Of a stretch of DNA of 64,000 nucleotides, positions 24,001-34,720 are shown in pieces; the stretch's first letter is position 1; the number at the start of each line of letters is the position of its first letter. This DNA is from Bugula neritina (taxonomy: Eukaryota; Animalia; Bryozoa), in assembly GCA_964035545.1 (NCBI GenBank), contig OZ037766.1:1922001-1986000 (forward strand), given 5' to 3'. The notes below the pieces were generated by a model. The model made no database searches. It was not told where the DNA came from and saw only the letters and a program-made list of their open reading frames with translations. The position numbers were made by a program, and so were the translations under genes.

Positions 24001-26148
24001 CTTATAAAAATATTGTTGATAAGAGTGATGTAATCTACCTATTTCTTTGTACCTTACACTGGCTAGTAGAACGAGTATATTATACTAACTTATCACTTCT
24101 AATGTAAATATTTATTTAGTTGTGATGAGAGAGAGAGAGTTGTGTAACTGTTGATTTACTTCTAGTTTACTGCAGTGTAGCTACCACCCCTTATCTGTCC
24201 CTACGCCTCCTTGTTTGTCCCCCCTCTACCCCTAGGAGGGTGTAGCTACCACTCCTTATTTTTCACTACTCCTCCTTATTTGTCCCCCCCCTCTACCCCT
24301 CTACCACTAAGCTTCAGTGGAACTCTGGATATCCCAACTGGCTGTCTACCTCTCGGCATGTCCACCAATTTCTCTATATACCTGTAAACAACTTTACCTG
24401 CAGGTCTACCTGTCTATTTATTAGTAAACCTGTATCTCTCTCCACTGCTCGGCTCATACTGGCTGCTCTTGAATAGGTACACAGTTTGTGAGTCCACAAA
24501 GACTGTGTATTCAGTCTAGAGAGTTTCCCTGCCGTCACAAGGCATGGGGGAGAGAGAGCGTTGACATGTCTGTCTGTCTGTGTGTCACAAGTGGTGATGT
24601 TATCCACAGGTGTAACGGGCAAGGAGTTCGTCCAGGAAGAGCCTCCATGACACCCAGGCCCTCCGTGTTCCCGTGCCGACTGTGTCACAAGCGACTGGCC
24701 ACCAAGGAGGCCCTCGACCTGCATATCATCAAATGTAACGGCACCAATAATAACACGAGAGGCCGGAAACCGGCAGATAACACTTGCATGGTATGCACAT
24801 TACACCTGTTTGCATAGCAGAGCCCTGTGTTTCTGTTTTGGTAGCAATAGAGTTCTTTCTTACTATGGCTGACGGTGATTCTATTCAAATTATACACAAT
24901 AATTATCCAACTACTTTATGTAATTTTAATCTGTCTATTTTGGCATAGCTGCGATTGTCTTACAAGTATATATATTGATTATATCATTAGCGTTTATTTA
25001 TTTTGTTATGTTTAATTTATTGATTTTCCTTCAACTGACTATATGGAGCGATTTAATTGGTTTTGCCTATTAGAACTTTTTTTCTCTGGAATATGATTGG
25101 CTACAAAGCTATGCTACAACTTTATATCATAGTTACAGATATATATTACTATATTACAGATATATGTTACTATATTACAGATATATGTTACTATATTACA
25201 GATATATATTACTGTATATTACAGATATATTACTGTATATTACAGATATGTAATCAGGATCAGGTCTACAGACACATTCTGAAGAAGCACCTGCGACAGA
25301 CACACGGAATCAACGCTCAAAGGTTAGATGACAGGTAAAAGTAGTGTTTGCAAGTCCCTCTAAGGGCACACAATTTCCCTATTGTCGCCTTGTGACTACA
25401 ACTCTCTGATGTTTATGATTCTATTTGCTGAGCTAAAAGTCACAACAGCTCATTAAAATAAACTTCCAACACTGGAGTTTTCTCCTCCTGGATATTGTGA
25501 CTGTCGTATAACGTTGCCATTCTTGTCTCCCACAGTGTGCTAGCTGCTCTGAAGACTGGCTCTGGGACAGGAAGTGATGTCAAGGAGCAGGTTCTCTCGC
25601 GGATACAACAGAAGTTGGTGGCTGACTTGTATGACGTTGAGAAATCTGATGCCAGTGAGACGGCCGACACCTCGGCAGCGGAGAACGTGCCTGCTGACAG
25701 CCAGACCTCGCAGGACGACCTCCACATGGGCGATGATGACGAGGCCGAAGAGAACAAGCGCCCCCCTCTGCCCCAAGCTGAAGAGGATGTGCTGAGTTAC
25801 AGCAACGGGTTGCTGGACAACAGGAGCAGCCTTGGCAACGGTGTGCTTAGCAACGGCAGCCTTAGCAACGGCTCTCGCAGTCGCAAGAAGATGAAACCAT
25901 CCAAGTATGTGGCGGAGGTGCACACTTGCGGCACATGCTCGCAGCAGTACGAGTTTTACTCGCAGTTGAAGGAGCACCGGTGTCAGAACCCGGATGTTGA
26001 GCAGGACTCGGCAGCAGACGCACAGGAAGTGCTCAACAAGATGGAGGGTGTAGATGCGAGTGATGAGGTGGCGGAGGAAGAGAGTGGCTTTAGCAGCGGC
26101 GTGGCTGAGGAGATGGCGGGCGAAGAGGGCGTGGCTAACTCATTCTGA
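21003..26148 (+). CDS. Zinc-finger protein, about 503 aa: N-terminal ZAD-like C4 domain, two C2HC fingers, one C2H2 finger, acidic tail with a further CxxC..HxC finger
   Basis: Exons 21003-21145, 21583-21894, 23017-23190, 24610-24790, 25246-25334, 25536-26148 are GT-AG and in frame (1512 nt). Motifs: VCLFCD...KMCMRCKLNVDMIENALRLRD; CPKC-x14-HIHKC; CRLC-x12-HIIKC; CMIC-x12-HLRQTH; CGTC-x12-HRC. Confidence 0.85.
21150..21305. repeat. CT-rich polypyrimidine low-complexity tract immediately after a donor site
   Basis: Almost pure C/T with an internal duplication of about 43 bp. Confidence 0.85.
21968..22290. repeat. 22-23-bp minisatellite in a ZnF gene intron
   Basis: About 14 copies of ttttatagtgtagagacaatgtg. 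Confidence 0.92.
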
Positions 26149-27482
26149 ACTCTTTATACTAACATACCATAATAGCAATTCTCTTCAATACCAAGGAATT
26201 TAATAACAATTTTCTAACTCCTTATGAAATGTAATACCAATTCTCCTGATAAGGAAGGATAGTGTGTTTCAATATTCGCCTAATTAGTGTCCTAGCTTCA
26301 GTTTTTCTTACCATCATTTGTGATATTTTCAAAATCTACTCAAAGCCGTTAAGAGTTTTTTGATTGTTCAATATTATTTGAAAGCTTTACATTTGAATAC
26401 CATGTATATATTATTTGTACACAGTTTCTACCCTAAATACTCTTTTATATTGGAGCTTTCTTAAAATGCAATCAATTGTTCCTAGATATTATACTTAAAT
26501 GTTTTCTAATCCATTTTAGTAGTTAGTTTTCAACCATATTGTATAATAGTAGCATGTTTCAGTTTGTATTTAGACACATTGTCTCATCTCAATCCAAATG
26601 CCGGCCGCCGTATCAATCTTATGGACGTCTTCTGTTTATTTACCAAGAATATCAGTATCTTGTGATGATATTTTCATGTACATACCGTGTGAACTGTACA
26701 AGTTTTACTTAATAGTAGGTGCTCTGATATCTATGACTCCATTTTGCATGCACTTGTATTATATATTATGATTTACTATGTTTTTACAAGCACCGTTATC
26801 TATTCACCAGATATACCATCATTCCTCTGCCCAGCTTTTCTATTCACTTACCAACCAGGGAAATTGCTAGAAGCAGCACTGTGTTGGGGTGACTTAAGTG
26901 CAGAGTTTGTATAGACATTGTTGTCTAAACCTTTAATCTCAAACTTGAGACCCAACTACTGCGCTTGGTCACTGCCAAATCGGTGCAGCTTTAAGTGATT
27001 CCCCTATAAACTTATTCTCATCTATTTGAGATCATTATTTTCTTTTGAAAGGGTGACTGCAATATCAATAGTGTGAAGGTGACTAACGTCCCTATTTTGA
27101 TCTCTTTAAGCTAAAAAACTGTGGCTACATTATATAGACAGTAGAGAAACAATAAACCATTAAACCAACCATCTGTTTATTTTTAATCTAAATTCACTAG
27201 GACACAGCACTCAGCTTGGCTTTGCCAAAAAGAACAAGTCTATGAGCCAAAGATTTGAAGCACACATAAATGTATTACAAATCACATATGTTTATGGAAG
27301 CAATATGTTTCAGCCACAGCTTGAAGTTTAAATTATAGTCTAGCGATAAATTATTTTGATGAACACATCTTGGGGTGAAAAGGGAAATAGAACCACGAAA
27401 ATCGTTAGTCAAGTCTTGTGTATGCATACCAGCTATTAAAGGTAGAATTTGTACAGTCGATCAAAGTAGTGATTCGGAGTTG

Positions 27483-28744
27483 TTATTCCCAAGGCTTACG
27501 CGGTAGCTCCTTAGTGCAACTAGTAACTGGCTCCTTTGTAGGCTCCACAACTATAGTCTCAGCGCCAGGTATTTCTTCACCCCTTTCTATATACTCCATT
27601 ACTTGTTTGAATGACAAAGGATGGGGTGGCTGTTCTTGTGGTGCTGATTCGACACCTTTAGCTTCGGTTTGAGGTTGTTGAGAGGAAAAATCGTCAACTT
27701 GGTTGGTTAGAGAATTCAGCACCTTATCTTTTAAAATTGTAGACATTCTTTCTGTGAGATTAAATTTTCTGAAAAACGTAATATATTATTTATTCTCTTT
27801 AAACTAACAAATGCTACTGATTTAAAAGAGTTATCTAAATACAATTATTAAAAATAAGTACATATATTAACTGTTGTCACTTTTATATAATTAATGTAAA
27901 ACTTTAATCAATTTTGCAAGCGTAAAAATACAAACTTTTATTTTGGAGCGATTAGCAGTCATTATATCCAAAGTATCACACTTTATAACATCTACAGGCG
28001 CAAACTCATAAAACTGTAGGCATATTAACATATAAACATAAAAGATTAGAAAGCTATTGCATTCGTCTTTATTTTGATTTAACTCATCAAAATATATTCA
28101 TACTATAATGTTTGTTAGGAATATCATGCGCTAAGTTTATTCATCAAAGAAGAAATCAACACATGAGTGACACTACACACATTTCTCCTGTACTGATAGT
28201 AGATGCTACAAAACTACTCAATCTTCATGATGCATACCTGGAAAAATAGAATAATTTGGCGGAAATTAGTTGCCTAGCAACTAAAGCATTATCTCTTTGG
28301 TCATTAAAGGAAGTGGAAAGATGCCGCCAACCATCCACAAATTCACCATCTTCTTTAAAATTATACTGTTTATATCTGCAATCAAATGCAATGCAGAATA
28401 AAAACTTAGAAAACCAATGGGGAGATTATCAAATACAAATCATTCTTGATATCATATCACTGGAGTTATTCATTGCTAGATATTAAACTTAACAATACGC
28501 TAACCAAATACCCTATGTACTGATATTACAACATTATAATTGTTAATATTATGTGATATTACTTAATATCAACTCGAGAGAGAAACAGAAGTTACTGGTT
28601 TAAAGGTTCCATAACTGAATAAAATACCTACTTAAGGTGTAAGTCACATGATAAAGCCTCAGTGTCCTCAGATAACCCATTTAGCGGGTGGCTAAAAGCG
28701 ACACTGCTGTCTGTAAAATGCTCTAGCTTCGGCTCTGTCATCAT
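27483..28744 (-). CDS. PEX39: PEX39/C6orf226-like peroxin (DUF5572-type N-domain plus C-terminal KPWE motif), about 178 aa
   Basis: Exons 28744-28632 (ATG ATG ACA...; donor aa|gtaggt), 28375-28238 (YKQYNFKEDGEFVDGW...ISAKLFYFSR) and 27768-27483 (...LSFKQVMEYIERGEEIPG...ELPRKPWE*) are in frame. The L/SFxQVMExIxxGxEIPG and terminal (R/K)PWE motifs are family hallmarks. Confidence 0.85.
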
Positions 28745-29782
28745 TTGATGGTAGAGGTGGGACAATTCCCTGTACCTTCCTCAATTTAACAACACAGTTC
28801 TAAAACAAAGTGACAGATGTCAACCTTAGACTTATACTAGAGATATGCTGTCAATATAAACTTCGAGATATATGTATAGAATGTTATTTACTAGAATATT
28901 GCAAAAACTAGGAACCTAATTCCCAACATATTTACCACATACCAGTAGCTACAAACTATAATATCCATACTAACACCAGTTATGGCCTCAAGGTCAACCC
29001 CAAAACCTGACCAGTTGAACAATAAGAGGTTGATCAACACCCTGTACTGATTTATAGCCTGTACTGAAAACATGGCAAACTAATATCACAAGAGAAAAAA
29101 TATTTCTTGCACTGGGAGTTGTGCTCTCACACAACAGCCTGTGATTCTAGACTACAGGTACAACAGTTTATTGTGACGAAAAGTTGTAACTAATTCTAAC
29201 TATAATTTTGTTGTATTAAATCGCCACACACTTAATCACCATGAATGTGAAAAGTCCTTATTTAGACTATCTATGGACAGGAGAAGCTAATTAATGGGAT
29301 TTCTAAAAACCAATGCTACACTGCATGATGGTCTAATTCTTGTATAAGTCTACAATTGTACTTGCAGCTACTAGCAAATAGAAAACTCTTACACTTATGA
29401 CAAAGATAAATCATAATGAGAAGAGAGTATATTTATACATGCAACATATGACATTAATACATTTTTGTTGCATCAACAGCGCATTAAAGCAACTTGCTTA
29501 CCCAAAACTTCTTACAATTTCTATAGTTTTGAAAAGCGTTGCTACACAAATCCTTGTCAAAATTATTTTCCGACAAACACCTATAAGACATCTGAGATTC
29601 CTACAAATACACATTTTAAATAATAGTTAGCTTTATGATAGTTGCATATTGCTCATTCAATACAATTACAAGTTTAGTGATGTAATTTGACTTGCCTCCC
29701 AGCACGGATTTTTCTCAATGTCGCTAAGCTGACCAATTGTCTTTTTACTGTGAGGTGCTTCCACCACTGACATGTTAGTCAT
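28692..29782 (-). CDS. Spliced 64-aa upstream ORF overlapping the PEX39 start (unknown product)
   Basis: Exon 29782-29696 (acceptor ctttgtgcag| at 29789; GC donor gag|gcaagt) joins 28799-28692 (acceptor tttgttttag|) to give MTNMSVVEAPHSKKTIGQLSDIEKNPCWENCVVKLRKVQGIVPPLPSNDDRAEARAFYRQQCRF*. It overlaps the PEX39 ORF by 53 nt in another frame. Confidence 0.5.
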
Positions 29783-29899
29783 CTCCCAGCTGCACAAAGT
29801 GATCACAGTCAGTAATATACTTATAGAGAATAGTTTATGTCAAAAGCCACAATAGTAAACAGTTCATAAATTTATAAATTATAAAGCATTCATTGCTTC

Positions 29900-31200
29900 A
29901 AATAAATTATTGATTACATTAATCATACAATAATCATAATGATAATGAGTTGCAATTATATCAAAATCATAATGATTATGATAATCATATTGATATATAG
30001 TTATACTTATAGTTATACTCATACTAATAGTAATACTTCTAGCAATAATTATTTCATTTAAATATACAATATTATTATAAATATATAGATTAAAAATAAA
30101 TCCGTAATTCGTTAATATTAATAATAATATTAATAGTAATACTTATACTGTAATAGTAATACTAATAGTATTAGCAATACTATTAATATTATATTGATAG
30201 TAATTGTATATTGGTAATTCATAAACTTGAAGCCAAATGCCACATTTAAATGTAAATTATGAAATTTTGATTCAAATTAACATAATTGATAATATTTATT
30301 TATATTTAATTAAATTTAATTATTTAATATTTATTTACTTGTAAATTCAAATTGATTACCATCAGGGCATTATCGTTATGAGTATGTGACTTCAGCTTCT
30401 GGTTTTTAAAATAAAAGCGTTTTATATAAAAGTAAATACATCACAATTAATTAAAGTATGAAGATTACAAATGGAACAATAAAACATTATAGTTTGAAAT
30501 GTCAAAAGCACAAAATTTGCTTACCTCTAAAAAACAATTGCAGTTTAACATTGACCGTAGTCGTAATATGTCTAACAAATACTTCTTTGTCACTAAATTC
30601 GTGACGAGTTAAGAAGTCTGCGTTTGCTGGCTAAATAAACTGAGGCTAATTACGACAGCGATTTTAGTTCAATTACTTCTTTATAATCAACACGCCTCTG
30701 TTTTAGTTGCGACTATGAGTATGAGTCTTTGACATTTTAAACCGAAAGCCTTGCACCCAGCCAACTTCAACTTGGTGCCCCTACCATTCAGTGACTGTGA
30801 GTTCTAATGGGCAATGAACAAGCTAAAAAATTGAACTTGTCAAGTGTGTAATGGTTATTACTCTAAGGACTAACACAGTCACATGACTATCACTATCAGT
30901 ATGAGTATCACAGCACCGGTACGAGTATGACATTAACTGATTAACTGGGAGTAAAACTAAATCAAAATGAGACATAAGTAACTCAAATCTTAAAATCAAT
31001 ATGAATATCAGTTAATAATTTACTGTTATTACTATGACTATGGGTATTGGTATTAGTATTACTATTATTATTATAACTATAGTCTCTGACTCTAGTAATA
31101 ACACTAATAAACTACCAATAGTAATAGTAATAGGCAATAGTAATACTTAGTCTAATACTAATAAAGTAATAGTAATCCTAGTACTAGTAGTTTAATACTA
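29900..31200. promoter_or_regulatory. Promoter region of the PEX39 transcript with hexamer tracts on both sides
   Basis: Minus-strand first-exon donor gag|gtaagc at about 30524. Periodic tracts at about 29900-30400 and 30700-31200 surround a non-periodic core. Confidence 0.5.
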
Positions 31201-32200
31201 ACAACAACAGGTGTACCACAGGGATCAGTGTTAGGGCCGGTACTTTTTTTAGTCTTTATAAATGATCTTCCTGAGTGTCTCAACTGCTCTTGTGCTCTTT
31301 TTGCCGATGACACACTTGTTTACCAAGAAATTTCCTCATCTAAAGACTGTAAGAAATTTCAGCGCAACCTGGACTCTCTTAGTACTTGGGCGAATAAGTG
31401 GGGAATGTCATTTAACATCTCCAAGAGCAAGATAATCAGCTTTAACCCTAAGACCGGCACTCTCCAATACAAGCTTAGTGGATCAGTGTTGGATCATGTT
31501 GGCTCAACAAAATACTTTGGTGTAACACTGCAATCAGACTGTAAATTTGACCAACACATCCTAAAGAAGATTCTTGTTGCAAAACGGCAATTAGGTATGA
31601 TAAAACGTGCACTCTACTGGGCCCCCAAGAGAGCAAAGCTTATTGCTTACAAAGCCCTCTGTCTCCCACACTTGGAATATGCCAGTGCAGCCTGGGACAT
31701 ATTCAGCAAAAACTATATAAGTATAATGGAGAATGTGCAAACAGATGCTGTGCGTTTTATCTCCAACAGCAAAGGAAGAACTGATATTGGGGAGGAGATG
31801 AAAAAGCTGTGTTTGGAGCCGCTTGATCTAAGGAGGAAAAGCCGACGCATCAGCCTTCTTCTAAAAATATTGTCTAAGGAAGAACAACATCCAACTCTGA
31901 GTGCTGCCTATGATGATTTTCTGGATCAGCGGACCACAAGCACTGTACAGACTCGGTCTCAGGTTTCAGGATTTCCCAGATCAGTGAGAGCAAACAGGAA
32001 TGCATATCTTTATAGTTTTCTCCCAAGAACGATAAGAGATATGAGGATCAGCACTGATCACACACAGACAGGCTAGTTAGCCTGTTAAGTTAATCTGCAC
32101 AAGAATTTTAACACTTTTTAGACTACTGTCCAAGTACTGACAACTTCTATTTTTTCTTCCCTCTAGGGAGGTCCAGTGTGGAGATAACATTGACAGGTAA
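31201..32200 (+). mobile_element. 5'-truncated non-LTR retrotransposon (LINE, CR1/L2-like clade), C-terminal part of the RT ORF
   Basis: Uninterrupted frame to 32076: GVPQGSVLGPVLFLVFINDLP, LFADDT (RT catalytic motif), WANKWGMSFNISKSK, KYFGVTL, LEYASAAW, YSFLPRTIRD. No endonuclease domain or ORF1 upstream. The 3' end is approximate. Confidence 0.93.
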
Positions 32201-32699
32201 ATCTATACAACTATAAATAAATGTAATACTTATAAATAATAATTTTGCAAGATTGTTTTTAACTAATAACTGATAAGTGACATTAAAAAGTAGCTTTTTT
32301 GTGCCAGACATTATGATACACATACTGATTAAATAATGTAGTGATAGTATAACATTTGTGACACAGGCCTGAGCCTGCATAGCTATCTCTGTATTTGATT
32401 AGGACAGCAAAGTAAAATTGCAATTTTGATATTCTAGCTGACAAATAGCAAAACTCTGATGGTTGGAGGATCTCATTTTTGTCTCAAATTGAGATTACAT
32501 CACTTCCTGATTTAAAGAAAAATCTACACTTAAAGCTGGCAGGTATGGGATAGCTGCTTAACATTGACATTCGGCAATATTTATTATTGAAGTTCTAAAA
32601 CTTGAAGTTGAAGTTTATTACTTTGAGAAACATAAAAACACATATTAAGACTGCGTCATATGTTTGTGCTTTAAGTTTTGTTGCAGAAACAAAGAAAAG

Positions 32700-32900
32700 C
32701 CAACTGTTTTGTATGTGTGTAAACTTACGAAATTTTAACCGTGAATATATATTTTGGCTTTATTCTTGTCTCTATACAACTGGCTAGTTTGTAAAATCTT
32801 GAGGTTGTTTTTAATCCACTTCTTTCCTAATTGAGTTGTTAAGCTGGAAAGTCCTGAAGCCATCTTGTGCTACTGAAAACATGTTAGAGCTCACTGCATA
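32700..32900. repeat. Dispersed repeat (about 200 bp), second copy at about 35920-36120
   Basis: Shared ttggctttattcttgtctctat.caact.gct...tgtaaaatctt core and alignable flanks. Confidence 0.7.
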
Positions 32901-34611
32901 AACTGAAATTGAAAAAAAAACTGTCAACAGGATTCACTTAAAGAATACAAATTTGTGCATACACAGCAGTTCAAACTGTTCAGTTATATGTGAACTTCAA
33001 CTATTAACACATGCAACACATCTTAAACTCTGATAAATCTTGCCATCACTTGTCTGACAATTAAACATTCTAAGCAGATCTTTTGGAAATGCTGTATTTG
33101 GAGTTATCTTATTTATGAAGCAAGTCGTACAACAGAAAACTGTTATAACTAATCTAAATATATATACAGAGAGTCTGTTTTGTATAGACTAATACAATAC
33201 TAAAAGTTTTTGTATATATACTTAAATCAATAATGGCGAACATAAGAAACTAATTTTATATTTTGCTACAACTCAAATTTAATGTGAGTGCATGAAGCTA
33301 TTGTTCATATATTATGCTGCAGTTTGATTCAAATGTAGAAAGTTGACATGTAAAACATTTCTATTAATGCGATGATATTGTTGTGGAAGAATGAAAAGGA
33401 TAATTTAATGAGATGTGATTAGTTTGTGTCTCATTGTATAATGTAAGGAAGGTTACATGGTCCTATGAACCTATCTACTTTGGGACCAGACAGAATGGTC
33501 TACAATAATCTTTAAATATTTACACTGATGAGAATGTTTCATACAATGCTTATCTATTTTAGTCTACATCACAAGTTAGATAGTAGGCAACACTTTAACT
33601 TCTGTTGTACATGAACATTTAAACTAAAAAGTCTAGAATCAAATGTTTGAAAGGCTGAAGTGGAGTATTAACTAGCTATAGTTATGTAATCTCTTTATTT
33701 CCTTAAGGCTAAAAATGCATAACACTGCAGCTACATGCAAACTATTTTCCCTTATATTTTTCCATCAAATATCTTTGCTAATTTGTCACAGATGAACGTA
33801 GTGCAGAGTATTGCAGAAGCTCTAATGTGTTGCTCAATGCACACCCTTTGATCTTCTGCTAGTAGCACACAGCAGAGGGGAAATAACTTCTACTTCTGTC
33901 CTATTTCATCTTTTAGAATTCTCCCCACTGACATGTATGTAAATGAAAAATATATAAAATATTGTAATTGTTATTGTATGCTTATCATCTTGTAATGCCA
34001 ACACCGATTGGCCATATATGTATAGACAAAAGAAACAATCTCAGTTTTATCTGAAAATTAGTGAAGTTTTGAACTATTCTTGAGTTTTATATAAACCCTG
34101 GACCTAAACTATAAGTCCTAGCTTGCAAGACTGGCTCTCCATTTGTTGAATAGACAATATGATTACCAGATATTTCGTAGGGGACACAACTCCCTTGTTA
34201 TTATGTAACCGAATGCTTCCTCCAATTACATTGCATAATAGACAATAGTGTGAGTAAGATTTCATACAATAGACTGCTCTGTAACTCGAGTCCTTACACC
34301 ATCTTTGTAGCCCAGCAGTTTTCATATTCCTTCCATATTTTTATTGCAATAATTTCTGGAGTAATAACATTATTATCCCAGCTTAAGTTTAGTGTGCATT
34401 GTTAACGGACTTGGCGTAATCAAGTTAAGTTAGTGGATAATTCAGACAAGCTGGGGAAGTGTTAACAATTATTACTGCCCTTTGCATTATCTAACTATCT
34501 GTTTGATAAATATTATCTTTTCAATGCAAAATATTCTCACTTAACAATGCTGACTACAGTGAAAGCCTATAGCCCTGTGCCCTATCTTCTGTTAGACTGG
34601 ACATGTGCAGG

Positions 34612-34620
34612 TATATAAAG
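34612..34620 (+). promoter_or_regulatory. TATA box of the LOXL gene
   Basis: TATATAAAG about 110 nt upstream of the signal-peptide ATG (34721). Confidence 0.6.
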
Positions 34621-34720
34621 GCGTTGACTGTAGTCAGCTAGATAAAACTGCTGCCTTTGCCTACACTAATTGCTGACTCTCTCTAGCTTTTACCGAAGAC
34701 AGTCAACCCTAAGTTTCATC

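Noticed and set aside
25440-25977. Antisense ORFs of 105 and 145 aa
   Set aside because: Shadow frames of the GC-rich last exon of the zinc-finger gene
28740-29789. Selenoprotein-style TGA readthrough extending the PEX39 frame upstream (…QWWKHLTVKRQL…LN*GRYREL…)
   Set aside because: Two in-frame TGAs occur, but there is no upstream AUG in that frame, no recognisable Sec motif and no SECIS seen.
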